Source of the DNA: Aeropyrum pernix K1
GTDB taxonomy: Archaea; Thermoproteota; Thermoprotei_A; Sulfolobales; Acidilobaceae
Assembly (NCBI RefSeq): GCF_000011125.1
Contig: NC_000854.2
Span: 960,001-992,000 of the forward strand
DNA length: 32,000 nt
Direction of reading: 5' to 3'
Part shown: piece after piece, positions 9,289 through 20,908 of the stretch
Position numbering within the stretch: position 1 is the first letter of the stretch
Layout of the letters: each line of letters begins with the position of its first letter
Program-made: the position numbers and the translations under genes
Notes under the pieces: model-generated
The model's database searches: none
What the model saw: only the letters and a program-made list of their open reading frames with translations
What the model was told of the DNA's origin: nothing

Positions 9289-10440
9289 ATGCCGATATAC
9301 GCTGTGCCGGAGTGGTACATCGTCAGGCCCGACGCGCTGACAGTGTGGAGAAGGTATCCGCAGGTCGAGGAGAAGCTGGGGTGGTATTCGAGGGTTATGA
9401 GGGGCGAGGAGCCGCCCAAGTATAGGATAGTACGGACGTTCGAGGTTGGTTTCGACAGTGAGGATGATATTAGGAGAGCTTTGACGGAGGAGCTGTGGAG
9501 GGAGCACGAGAGGGTTGCAGGCGAGTTCAGGAGGCTTTTCAGGAGCCTCAGGGAGGGGGGAAGTTATGAGGGGGACATTAAGGATGCGAGGCCCAGCTTG
9601 ATGGATGTGAAGGTGGAGCTTGTCAGGAGGCTGGCGAGCCCCTGCGAGCTTTGTGAGAGGAGGTGTAGAGTTGAGCGGGCCAAGAGCCGCCGGGGCGCCT
9701 GCAGGCTGGCCTGGGAGGTTTATGTGCACAGCGCCTTCCTCCACCTCGGCGAGGAAGCCCCCCTTGTCCCGAGCGGCACAATATTCTATGGGGGGTGCAA
9801 CTTCACCTGCGTCTTCTGCCAGAACTGGGACGTAAGCCAGTGGAAGGCAAGGGATGCCCATATAGTTACGCCTAGGAGGCTGGGGGAGATCCAGGATAGG
9901 CTTGCCGAGGCCGGCGCGCGGAACATTAACCACGTCGGCGGCGACCCCGTCCCTAGCCTCCACGTTATCGTTGAGAGCATGAAGTACGCCAGCCACCTGA
10001 AGCCGCAGCTGTGGAACAGCAACATGTACATGACTCTAGAAGCGCTGGACATACTTGTAGATCTCATAGACATCTGGCTGCCAGACCTCAAGTTTGGGAA
10101 TGACAGGTGCGCCATGAGGCTTTCAGCAGTGCCCCGGTACTGGGAGGTGACCACGAGGAACATACTGCTCGCCGCCGAGCATGGGGACATGATTATAAGG
10201 CACCTAGTAATGCCGGGCCATGTGGAGTGCTGCACTAAGCCTGTGCTGAGGTGGATAGCAGAAAACCTTGGTGATAGGGTTCTCGTCAACATAATGGACC
10301 AGTACCACCCCGACAACCTAGTTCTCAGGATGCCACACAAGTGGCCTGAAATAGCACGGAGGCCCTCCAGGAGGGAGATCGAAGAGGCTTGGAGGTACGC
10401 TGAGCAGCTCGGCCTCGACTGGGAGCCCGTGACCAAATAG
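9289..10440 (+). CDS. Radical SAM protein, PflA-like
   Basis: '[23 protein letters not shown]' (CxxxCxxC); N-terminal Cys cluster '[20 protein letters not shown]'; likely start is internal ATG 9289 (MPIYAVPEW) rather than 9229. Confidence 0.88.
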   Translation: MPIYAVPEWYIVRPDALTVWRRYPQVEEKLGWYSRVMRGEEPPKYRIVRTFEVGFDSEDDIRRALTEELWREHERVAGEFRRLFRSLREGGSYEGDIKDARPSLMDVKVELVRRLASPCELCERRCRVERAKSRRGACRLAWEVYVHSAFLHLGEEAPLVPSGTIFYGGCNFTCVFCQNWDVSQWKARDAHIVTPRRLGEIQDRLAEAGARNINHVGGDPVPSLHVIVESMKYASHLKPQLWNSNMYMTLEALDILVDLIDIWLPDLKFGNDRCAMRLSAVPRYWEVTTRNILLAAEHGDMIIRHLVMPGHVECCTKPVLRWIAENLGDRVLVNIMDQYHPDNLVLRMPHKWPEIARRPSRREIEEAWRYAEQLGLDWEPVTK

Positions 10441-10492
10441 CGGGTTAAGCCTTAACAGAGGCGGCGTAGAACAGTGTGAGTGGTGCATCGGC

Positions 10493-11164
10493 TTGAAGCC
10501 CGTTCTCGCCGTTAACATGAAGACCTACAGCTCAGCCTTCGGAGAGGGGGCTAGACGCCTGGCCAGAGATGCGGCGCGGGTAGCGCGGGAGGTGGATGTC
10601 AGGGTTATACTTGTGGCGCCATTGATAAACGCCTCCTCCCTGGCTGGGGTGTATGGCGACGTTTACATCCAGCACGCCGACCCCGTCGATCTGGGGGCTC
10701 ACACGGGCTACACCCCCGTCGAGGCCGCTGCGGCAGAGGGGTTGAGGGGGGTTATGGTTAACCACAGCGAGCATAAGGTAACCTACAGGCACCTACAGGC
10801 TGTGGTCTCGAAGGCTAGGAGCCTGGGGCTAGAGGTCCTCGCGTGCGCCGACACTCCTGAGGAAGCCGCTGCGGCTGCGCTCCTAAGGCCATCCATGGTC
10901 GCCCTCGAGCCGCCCGAGCTCATAGGTACCGGTATACCCGTTTCACAGGCAAAACCCGAGGTCATAACCCGGGGTGTAGAGGCAGTAGCCCGTGTAGCAC
11001 CCGGAGTTGCCGTCCTAGCAGGCGCGGGCATAACTGCGGGGGAGGATGCTAGGCGCGCTGTAGAGCTCGGCGCCCAGGGGGTGCTCGTGGCTAGCGCGGT
11101 GATGAAAGCCAAGGACCCCCATGGGAAGATGCTGGAGCTTGCTGAAGCTATGGCCAAGCCCTAA
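10493..11164 (+). CDS. tpiA: Triosephosphate isomerase, archaeal short type
   Basis: 'NMKTY', '[29 protein letters not shown]', '[11 protein letters not shown]', '[34 protein letters not shown]'. Confidence 0.96.
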
Positions 11165-11169
11165 GGGGG

Positions 11170-12489
11170 CTAGGCCTCCTGACTGGCTTCCCCGCCTCTA
11201 GCCTCCGTGTCTAGCCTGGACTCCAGCATCGAAGCCAACCTAGGGAGGTTCTCGAGGGCCAGAGTCGCTAGGGCCTCCTCGAGCCTCCTCCTATCGGCCT
11301 CCACGCCCATGAGCCACAGCCTGTGCTCAACCTCGTCTAGAGGCGTGTCCACGACCTTCTCAAAATATGGCTCGAGCTCTGAGGCCAGCTCCCCGACGGG
11401 CTCCCTGCTGCCTATCTCAACCCCGTCTATAACAGCTACCCCTTCAGACTCCAAGTCCCGCCTAACCTCGCCGGGTACGGGTGTCCTCGAAACCAGCACC
11501 AGGAGATCAGGCTTATAAACCTCCCTGTAAAGGAGGACTAGCCTATGCTCCCTCACCCTAACACCCTCCCTCCTCTCCTCCCTCCTGCCAGGCTCTATCC
11601 CTAGAATGTCGGCCAGCCCTGTCTTGAGGCCCTCGAACCACCTGGCATACCACTCCTCCGCAGAAAACCTCTTGACAAGCGGCCCCTTGAGGTACCTAAC
11701 CCTCTCGTACCAGTCCTCTAGCTCTTTGAACTCCACCACGACGCTGGGCCTCTTAATCCTGGGCCTTCCATCCGCCCACTCAACCATGTCTAGAACCCTC
11801 CCACCGTAGATTATCATGTCGGGCCTTAGGCTAGTGTAGAGGCTCCAGGCCCTCTCCAGCCCCCTCGAGTCACCCCACCCTATAGGCCTGGGTGCTTCTA
11901 GGTAGAAGCTGGCCTCCCTAGCCCCGGGCAGCCTGATAACAGCATTGGCCGGTATACTCCCGCCCCTCTGCCTCCCCTGCCTCTCTATATGGAGGAACCC
12001 GTGGTCCGGGTAGACTATGGAGGCGCCCCTACGGCCATACTCGGCTACAAGCGCCAGGAAGACCCAGTGCTGGTAGATGCTTCTCAGGTTCGTGGCGAGG
12101 CTTGTGTTCAAGGCGCTTCTAGCCTTGGCCAAGAACTCCTCTGGCGATAGCTTCCCCCGGGCGAGGTCGATTGAATACTGGAAAAGCTTCTTAGCAAGGT
12201 GGCCCCGGGGGTCTTCTATGAAGCTCCTGAGCTCCTTGGGGAGGAGGACCCCCCTCAGGCCGGCGGCCCGCCGGGCTGTCTCCAACTCGTCCTTGAAGAT
12301 GTGAACCCACTCCACGGCCCTCCCAAGAGCCTCTCCCAGAATGCCATCAACAACCCTAAGCCTGAGGCTCTCGAGCAGCTCTCTAGCGCCATCCCTGAAA
12401 ACCGGCCTCCCCTCCACAAGCTCAACGCTACCCCTAACAGCCTCCAGCACATCTCTGGGGAGGCCAGCGTCGAGCGTGCTGGAAGCCAA
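11170..12489 (-). CDS. Uncharacterised protein with PD-(D/E)XK nuclease-like motifs
   Basis: 439 aa; '...SLRPDMIIYGG(x~16)KRPSVVVEFKELEDWYERVRYLKG...' fits PD-x(n)-ExK; 52 nt downstream of tmcA on the same strand. Confidence 0.72.
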   Translation of the reverse strand: MASSTLDAGLPRDVLEAVRGSVELVEGRPVFRDGARELLESLRLRVVDGILGEALGRAVEWVHIFKDELETARRAAGLRGVLLPKELRSFIEDPRGHLAKKLFQYSIDLARGKLSPEEFLAKARSALNTSLATNLRSIYQHWVFLALVAEYGRRGASIVYPDHGFLHIERQGRQRGGSIPANAVIRLPGAREASFYLEAPRPIGWGDSRGLERAWSLYTSLRPDMIIYGGRVLDMVEWADGRPRIKRPSVVVEFKELEDWYERVRYLKGPLVKRFSAEEWYARWFEGLKTGLADILGIEPGRREERREGVRVREHRLVLLYREVYKPDLLVLVSRTPVPGEVRRDLESEGVAVIDGVEIGSREPVGELASELEPYFEKVVDTPLDEVEHRLWLMGVEADRRRLEEALATLALENLPRLASMLESRLDTEARGGEASQEA

Positions 12490-12540
12490 GTTCCCCGGGG
12501 CACCTCCCGTGGAATATATAGTGTTGGCCGTTGGAAGGTA

Positions 12541-14691
12541 TTACGGTATTACCCTCCCGCTCCACAGGCTCCTGGCCCCCTCAAGTATACCCCTGATATA
12601 CTCCTCAACCTTCCCCACAGCCTCGTCAACCGTGGAGGCCCCGATTATCGAGGCCACCTCGCTGTAGGGCTTCCCCTGGACGACCCTCGCCACTGCCCCT
12701 ACGAGACCCGGTTCAACGGGGTTCCAGCTCCTTGTGGCTAGGAGTGTGCTCAGAAGGGCTATGTAGACGGCGTCGAAGGCCTGGTCGGCCATCACTTCCC
12801 CCTTGAGGAAGCCTTCTAGATGCCTGGCCTGTATCCTCGTAAGGTATAGGGGAGGTGCTGTCGCCGGGGTGTGGTGGAGGAGGAGCGCCAGCTTCTCTGC
12901 AGCGAGGTCGCGGTATATGCTCGACCCTGCGAGAGCCAGTTTCAGGGCTAGCGTTTTAGAGGCTTTTTCCAGGATCTCTGCGCCAGCGCTGTCTAGGGGT
13001 TTTGCCAGGGCGACGTTCTTCTCCCCAGTAACCCTGTTGTACCTGGGGCTGACGTAGAACGGTTTGAACCCGTTCTTAAGCCAGAAAGGTATCACGTCGT
13101 GCCTGGAGAACATGGTTGTAACCAGGCTAGCGCCCGACTCCCTGGCCTGCGCCTCTACATGCCTGAGGAGCCTGCTGCCCAGGCCCCTCCGCTGGAGGTC
13201 CTCATGCACAGCTATCCTAGACACCCTCCACGACACCACCCCGGAGCCGGGGCTGCCAGCCATGTAGAGCAGCCTTTCCAAGGCTATCCTAGCCTCCTCC
13301 TCCACATCCGGGCCTTCGAGGACGACGTCGGCGACAGCCACGGGGGTGCCGTCCGCCTCCAGAGCGTATATCCTGTGGTGCGGGCTCTCCAGCATGGCGA
13401 GGAGGTCGTCGGGAGTGTTTCGGTAGTGGGCCTGGACGAGTATGCCGTAGACGCTCCTGAGGACCTCCCTATCCCTGGCGAGGACCTCCCTAGACACCTC
13501 CACGGGCCTGGCGGCGGAGGGGTCGCCAGGCTCCTGGGGCTCGGCTCTCAGCATGAACACGGTGTAAAGCCACTCCTCCAGCGGGTCTCCGGGGAGGTAG
13601 CGTATAGGCTCCCTGAGCTCCAGCTCAATGAAAGGCTTCGGGAGTATGTTGGGCAGGAGCCTTGCGAAGGCCCTCCCACTCCCCTCGTAGCCGTGTATAG
13701 TTGTCGCCACCAGAGACTTCCCACTCCTCCACGACAGCCTCCTAACTCTGGCGACGCCCACCGCGGCGGCCTCGTCCACAACCACCAGGGGCGAGGGCTC
13801 GGCGGTGTCGGGCTGCTCGTAGGCTATCCTGAACCACGGCCCCGAAACCCTGATAACCTCGCCCCCGGAGGTCCTCACCACCCTATGCCCCTTCAACCCC
13901 AGAACATCGAGCCCCCTGAGCAGCCCTGCCATCACGCTCTGAACCGAGAGGGGCGTGGGCCCGACCAGCACGGCCCTGCCGATAAGCCTCCTCCACGCGG
14001 CATAGGCCAGGGCTAGGCCTATGACGTAGCTCTTACCGCGCCCCCTATCACCCCTAACCAGGGCGCTCCGCCAACGCCCCCTGAAGAAGCGGGCCAGGCT
14101 CTCGAGCGCCCGGGCTTGGCTCTCCGACCTGCAAGCCGATACTAGCCTCCTGGGGACGCCTGAGCCTGGTGACGGCTTGTATCTACCGGGGCTCCAGCCC
14201 TGGGCGCCGACCCCCGTGTATTCTAGAAAAGACTCGGATACTATCCGGCCCGACTCGTCGTCGATCCACAGGTGCACCGGGTTATCCCTTATCGCGGAGA
14301 ATAGGTACTCCCTGTAGAGCCCGGTGCCGCGGGGAGGCCCCGGGTCCCACCGGTCCGGCGGGTCAGCCACTATAGCCAGGAACCCCCCGGAGCGGACTGT
14401 CTCACCCGCCCCCGCTATGATGGAGGGCCTGAGGAGGCCTGGCACCGCTATTATGGCAGCAGCGTATTCTCCACCGAGTATCCTTTCTATGGAGCCGGGG
14501 GGCGCCCAAGATCTGCAGATGCCGGGCAGTCTCCCGGCTGAGGGAGAGACTAAAGCGCAATCCCCACCAGCATAGCCAGCCAGCTTCTCCGCCCAGGCCT
14601 TCACATCCCCCGTGCCAACTACCAGCAGGCCCCTAAGCCTAGAATGCCTGAGCCTCTGGATGAAACCGCTGACCTCCAACTCAACGTCCAC
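12541..14691 (-). CDS. tmcA: tRNA(Met) cytidine acetyltransferase TmcA (helicase + GNAT)
   Basis: 716 aa; Walker A 'RGDRGRGKSYVIG', 'VVVDEAAAVGV', GNAT region 'RISRIAVHEDLQRRGLGSRLL'-like ('RVSRIAVHEDLQRRGLGSRLLRHVEAQAR'). Confidence 0.93.
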   Translation of the reverse strand: MDVELEVSGFIQRLRHSRLRGLLVVGTGDVKAWAEKLAGYAGGDCALVSPSAGRLPGICRSWAPPGSIERILGGEYAAAIIAVPGLLRPSIIAGAGETVRSGGFLAIVADPPDRWDPGPPRGTGLYREYLFSAIRDNPVHLWIDDESGRIVSESFLEYTGVGAQGWSPGRYKPSPGSGVPRRLVSACRSESQARALESLARFFRGRWRSALVRGDRGRGKSYVIGLALAYAAWRRLIGRAVLVGPTPLSVQSVMAGLLRGLDVLGLKGHRVVRTSGGEVIRVSGPWFRIAYEQPDTAEPSPLVVVDEAAAVGVARVRRLSWRSGKSLVATTIHGYEGSGRAFARLLPNILPKPFIELELREPIRYLPGDPLEEWLYTVFMLRAEPQEPGDPSAARPVEVSREVLARDREVLRSVYGILVQAHYRNTPDDLLAMLESPHHRIYALEADGTPVAVADVVLEGPDVEEEARIALERLLYMAGSPGSGVVSWRVSRIAVHEDLQRRGLGSRLLRHVEAQARESGASLVTTMFSRHDVIPFWLKNGFKPFYVSPRYNRVTGEKNVALAKPLDSAGAEILEKASKTLALKLALAGSSIYRDLAAEKLALLLHHTPATAPPLYLTRIQARHLEGFLKGEVMADQAFDAVYIALLSTLLATRSWNPVEPGLVGAVARVVQGKPYSEVASIIGASTVDEAVGKVEEYIRGILEGARSLWSGRVIP

Positions 14692-14840
14692 GCTGCCCTC
14701 CCCCAGGTGTAGGACGGCTTGGATACTCTAGCGGCCTCTCCATTGCCACACGAGGCTTTGCTGCCGCGACCCGATAGTTTAGTCGGGACGCTCCAAACCA
14801 ATATATAAGCACGGTTTCAACACCCTTAACCAAGAGGTTT

Positions 14841-15443
14841 ATGGAGTTGACTTCTATACCTCAGGATATTGGAACTGCCAGGATGCTGGGGATAGCTGGG
14901 TCTGCCCTAGTCCTCCTCGGCATCCTCATCCCGTTTCTGAGCCTCATAGGCTTTGTTCTCGTGCTAGTGTCGCTGTATATGCTATCAAAGCAGATGGGAG
15001 AGGAGTCTATCTTCAGAAACGCTGTTATAAGCGTCGTCCTCTCGATAGCAGGCTTCATAGTCTTCGCCTTCCTCACGGGCGCCAGCTTCTTCGCCATGGC
15101 AGGGGCCCTCGGCTCTGGAGAGCTGACCGCCCTCACCGCTGCCGGGATCGGCTCCCTGCTGGCAGGGTTTGTAATCCTTTACATAGCAATGGTTGCGTCG
15201 GCCGTCTTCTTCCGGAGGGCGTTAGAAGCGCTGGCCGGCAGGACAGGAGTCGACATGTTCAGACACGCCGGCCTCGCCTACCTCGTAGGGTCCATAACGC
15301 TGATAGTGCTCGTCGGGGGGCTCATCCTCCTCATAGCATGGGTGTTGCTCCTGGTGGGGTTCATACAGCTGAGGCCAGAGCAGGGGATGGAGACGCAGGC
15401 AGCGGTTCAGGAGGGGCCAGGAGAGTCTATAGGCCAAACCTGA
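14841..15443 (+). CDS. DUF996-like integral membrane protein
   Basis: 200 aa, five or more hydrophobic segments; 'ARMLGIAGSALVLLGILIPFLSLIGFVLVLVSLYMLSKQ'. Confidence 0.75.
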   Translation: MELTSIPQDIGTARMLGIAGSALVLLGILIPFLSLIGFVLVLVSLYMLSKQMGEESIFRNAVISVVLSIAGFIVFAFLTGASFFAMAGALGSGELTALTAAGIGSLLAGFVILYIAMVASAVFFRRALEALAGRTGVDMFRHAGLAYLVGSITLIVLVGGLILLIAWVLLLVGFIQLRPEQGMETQAAVQEGPGESIGQT

Positions 15444-15822
15444 GCATAGAGCCTACCACTACGAGGGCGGCCGTCAGTACTGCCGCAGTAAAGAGGAGAA
15501 GCCTGTCCACAGTATCTAGCCCCTCACCCCTGCTCTTAGCCAGCCTATAGTGTGCGTAGCCGCCTATTATGAAGAGGAGTGCGTACAGGCCGATCTTAGC
15601 ATGGGCGAGCGGGGGGTAGCCGCGTAGGTGCGCCATAGCCAAGCCTGAAGCGCCAGCCACCACAACGCCCAGAGTAGCGGGCCAGCCTGTGAACCTCAGA
15701 ACCAGCCTGAGATCCGAGTCTCGACCCCGGGCTAGGAGCCAGAGCGAGTTGAGTATAGCCCCCGCCCACAGTATGGCGGCAAAAACGTGGATCAGCTGGA
15801 GGAGCATGTAGCTTAGGGCCAC
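15427..15822 (-). CDS. Small integral membrane protein, CopD-like
   Basis: 'LLQLIHVFAAILWAGAILNSLWLL' (N-terminal His/Trp membrane helix), four TM segments. Confidence 0.7.
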   Translation of the reverse strand: MALSYMLLQLIHVFAAILWAGAILNSLWLLARGRDSDLRLVLRFTGWPATLGVVVAGASGLAMAHLRGYPPLAHAKIGLYALLFIIGGYAHYRLAKSRGEGLDTVDRLLLFTAAVLTAALVVVGSMLRFGL

Positions 15823-15878
15823 TTTTCTCCACCCCCCTAGTTACACGGGGCTTGGAGGCCCCTCCCGGCGGTGGTCTC

Positions 15879-17714
<1,836 letters not shown>

Positions 17715-17877
17715 TTATAACGTACAGCCCGAGGTGTATCCCTTCGAGGTGATAGCTTCACTTTAATTCTGTATGCTGGGGTCTCTAGCTGCTGAGAAGC
17801 GTTCAGTCTTCCAGACCTCCTGTTGTGTAAGGTATAAAGGGTGTATGTTAGGGGTTGGTCCTACTGTCTGGGGGGTT

Positions 17878-18789
17878 GTGTGGGGTTTGGGCTGTACTGT
17901 GGAGGCACGGGGTTTACGGAAGAGGTTCGGCGGGAGGACTGCAGTGGCTGGCGTCTCGTTTAGTGTCGGGGATGGTGAGAGGGCTTGTATCATGGGTCCT
18001 AACGGGAGCGGTAAGACGACTCTCCTCAGGATGGTGTCCGGGGTGCTGAGGCCCTCCGGGGGGAGTGTGCGTGTCTGCGGCTACGATGTGTGGGGCGACG
18101 GGTGGCGGGAGGCCAGGGGGCTTATAGGATTCGCCCCTCAGGACCCGCCTATGGCTAGGAGGATGACGGGCGCCGAGTATATTACGGTGGTTGGCGGCCT
18201 CCTGGGCCTTAGCCCCGGAGTTGCAAGGAGGGAGGCTAGGAGGGTTCTCGAGATGCTCGGGTTTGAGGATGTGCTTGGGAGGGTTGTGGCTAGGCTTAGC
18301 GGCGGGCAGAGGAGGGCTCTCGGCATAGCCCTGGCTCTCGCGTCGAACCCTGAGGTTGTCGTGCTAGACGAGCCTGGTAGCGGGCTTGACGTGAGGGCCA
18401 GGGAGTCCCTATGGGCCTCACTCAGGAAGGCCTTCAAGGGGAGGACCGTGTTATTCAGCAGCCACGACCCCCAGGAGGCTGAAGCGGAGTCGGACAGGGT
18501 ACTCATAATGCACAGGGGTAGGCTAGCTGCATGGGGGAAGCCTAGGGAGCTTATTCAACGATACGCACCCAAGCCCAGGGTTAGAGTGTGGGCGGATAGG
18601 GCGCCGGATGGGCTGGAGCCCGTCCACACTGGCCCCGGGTTCTCGGACTACCTTATAGAGGCTCCGGGGGACGTCGCGAGGATAGCCTCTGCATACAGCG
18701 GGGCGGGGATACTTGTTGAGAGGATAGAGGTCCTCAAGCCCAGCCTGAGGGAGGTTTTCTTCGCGGTAACGGGGGAGGAGATGGATTGA
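17878..18789 (+). CDS. ABC transporter ATP-binding protein
   Basis: Walker A GPNGSGKTT, signature LSGGQRRAL, Walker B VVLDEPGSGLD. Track ORF begins at 17773; a GTG/TTG between 17878 and 17899 is a more plausible start, since homology begins at 'VEARGLRKRFGG'. Confidence 0.93.
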   Translation: MWGLGCTVEARGLRKRFGGRTAVAGVSFSVGDGERACIMGPNGSGKTTLLRMVSGVLRPSGGSVRVCGYDVWGDGWREARGLIGFAPQDPPMARRMTGAEYITVVGGLLGLSPGVARREARRVLEMLGFEDVLGRVVARLSGGQRRALGIALALASNPEVVVLDEPGSGLDVRARESLWASLRKAFKGRTVLFSSHDPQEAEAESDRVLIMHRGRLAAWGKPRELIQRYAPKPRVRVWADRAPDGLEPVHTGPGFSDYLIEAPGDVARIASAYSGAGILVERIEVLKPSLREVFFAVTGEEMD

Positions 18790-19910
18790 GGCGTGGAAGG
18801 AGGTCGGGCTTCACCCTAGGCCTGGTGTCGGGGGGGCTCATGACGATCTACAGCCTCCGCAGGAGCCCCTCAGTCCTCCTCTGGTACATAGGCTTCCCCC
18901 TTCTGCTCCTGGTGATAGCCAAGTACATATTCCTAGGCGGGGGAGGGGCTCCAGTTGTGGGAGTCTACCCGGAAGGCTCGCCCGCCTACGAGGTCCTCGA
19001 GAGCATGGGGGTGAAGGTGGAGGAGTACGGCTCCCTGGGGGAGTTGTTTGAGGACCTCAGCAGGGGTTTCATAGTGGTTGCAGTAATCGAGGAGAACGGG
19101 GAGGCTAGGGTTCTGTATAGTGGGGAGGAGTATAGCCTGCTGGCCCAGGGGGTGGCGGAGGCCGTAGCAGCCTCCAGGCTAGCCGGGGGTCCCGGGGCGG
19201 GTGAGGACCTCAGAGCACTGGAGTCTCTACTCTTCAGAGCCGCCGGTGTCCACGTGGAGCCCTTCATAGACAACGCCGGCCCAGGGAGGGCTCTGGCCGA
19301 GTATAGCGTGAACCTTGTTGGCGTCGAGTCGCTCTACATCGCCCTCTACGGCGGCATGGTCATGCTCATAGCCATGAGGAGGGAGGGGATGCTAGACCTA
19401 GTGGCCTCCAGCCCTGGCGGCCCCCGGAGCCTCCTCGGCTTCATGACGGGGATGAACCTGACCGCTTCACTGGTGACAACCCTCGCAATACTCACGGCCT
19501 CCATAGCCCTTGGAGCAGACTACAGCGGTGTAAGCCCTGCCGGAGTCGTCGCCGGGGCATTCCTGATACTGGTGGGCCTCGAGACTATATTCCTAGCCTC
19601 CATACCCCTCAGCCTCCTCGTTAAGGCCGAGGAGACTGCGGCAGCCCTAGCCGGGATAGCCGGCTTCCTCCTAATATTCTCCACAGGCCTCGCGGTACCG
19701 AGGGAGATGCTCCCCGGGCTCCTTGCCGAAGCCTCCCTATACTTCCCGCTGACCCTAGCCGTCGAGCTGGGTAAGGATGCTATATTCGCCTCCGCCACAC
19801 CCTCTGAGGTCCTCACCGAGGCCTGGCCCCTATACCTGTCCCTAGCACTGGCGGGCCTCGTCGGTATACTATCGTACAGGAGGGTTATGGCCCTGGCTGT
19901 AGAGGAGTAG
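18786..19910 (+). CDS. ABC-2-type transporter permease
   Basis: Overlaps the ATP-binding gene by 4 nt; about six TM segments, N-terminal large extracellular loop. Confidence 0.85.
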   Translation: MRRGRRSGFTLGLVSGGLMTIYSLRRSPSVLLWYIGFPLLLLVIAKYIFLGGGGAPVVGVYPEGSPAYEVLESMGVKVEEYGSLGELFEDLSRGFIVVAVIEENGEARVLYSGEEYSLLAQGVAEAVAASRLAGGPGAGEDLRALESLLFRAAGVHVEPFIDNAGPGRALAEYSVNLVGVESLYIALYGGMVMLIAMRREGMLDLVASSPGGPRSLLGFMTGMNLTASLVTTLAILTASIALGADYSGVSPAGVVAGAFLILVGLETIFLASIPLSLLVKAEETAAALAGIAGFLLIFSTGLAVPREMLPGLLAEASLYFPLTLAVELGKDAIFASATPSEVLTEAWPLYLSLALAGLVGILSYRRVMALAVEE

Positions 19911-19948
19911 ACGAACGCAGCCTGAGGTCCTCCCACCGCGGCCTCACT

Positions 19949-20908
19949 CTACGCCCTCTCTGGGGTGCGCCTCCTCCGGGAGCCCGAGCCGGCCTCCTGG
20001 AGGATGTATGCGAGCGCTGCTATAACCTCTTCTATGAGCACCGTACCCTTGTACCTCCCATCCCTGTCAACCACTATCGCAGCCTCAGACTCGTACGTGA
20101 GCATCTTCTCCAGCATGTCGTCAACCCCCTCATCCTCCCCCACAACTGGCGCTTCCATATAGGCCAGCGTGTGGGCGGGGGTGGTTGAGAGGTCTACGCC
20201 CTCCTCTATAGCCTCCTCGAGCGAGTCTGGCGTTATAACACCTATGGGCCTCCCATCACCGTCTACCACGGGGACGACTGGTGCTCCCTTCTCCATGAGC
20301 TTCAACACACTCTCGGCCGGTGTGTCGTGCCTCACCGGCTTTATACCGCCGTCTGCAAGCTGCCCCGCGGTTATAGGGGGTTCGACGCCCTTCTCCCTCA
20401 ATATTGCCAGAAGCGCCTCGGCGTCCACAATCTCCCTCGGCGGCCTGTGGAGGAGCTGGCTCGAGTATATGGAGGTGTTGCCCGAGACTTCCCTAGCGAC
20501 TATCGATGCCAGGAGGCTCGGGGGGATTAGGAGGTAGTTGTTGCCCATCTCCGCCACCATGATACTCGTGGCTAGGGGGACTTTGGCTGCGGCTGCGAAG
20601 AAGGCTGACATGCCCAGGTAGGCGTAGGCCGCCGCGGGGAGGGGGGCCTGGGCCACCTCCTGTATCAGGGCGTAGAACGAAAGGCCTAGGAGTGCCCCCC
20701 CAAGGAGCCCCGGCGCGAAGACCCCGCCGCTCCCGCCGGAGCCTATGGAGAGGCTTGTCGCCGCTATCTTGAGGAGGCCGGCCGTAGCCAGGACTGTAAA
20801 CGCCCACAGGCCAGCCTCGCCAACGGGGATCCAGGAGACGGGTTCTCCCGATAGCACGGCGGCCAGCACGCCCCTGCCGCTTCCCGCGACGAACGGCGCA
20901 GCGTACAC
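19949..20908 (-). CDS. ClC chloride channel/transporter, C-terminal half with paired CBS domains
   Basis: 'GSGGSGGVFAPGLLGGALLG' plus CBS segments 'ADGGIKPVRHDTPAESVLKLMEKGAPVVPVVDGDGRPIGVITPDSLEEAI'. Frame continues open upstream of the GTG at 20908. Confidence 0.88.
   Translation of the reverse strand: MYAAPFVAGSGRGVLAAVLSGEPVSWIPVGEAGLWAFTVLATAGLLKIAATSLSIGSGGSGGVFAPGLLGGALLGLSFYALIQEVAQAPLPAAAYAYLGMSAFFAAAAKVPLATSIMVAEMGNNYLLIPPSLLASIVAREVSGNTSIYSSQLLHRPPREIVDAEALLAILREKGVEPPITAGQLADGGIKPVRHDTPAESVLKLMEKGAPVVPVVDGDGRPIGVITPDSLEEAIEEGVDLSTTPAHTLAYMEAPVVGEDEGVDDMLEKMLTYESEAAIVVDRDGRYKGTVLIEEVIAALAYILQEAGSGSRRRRTPERA

Noticed and set aside
12199-14016. Long plus-strand ORFs (12199..12741, 13099..14016) opposite tmcA and the nuclease-like gene
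   Set aside because: Pro/His/Arg-rich shadow translations of G+C-rich antisense strands; the minus-strand genes have clear motifs.
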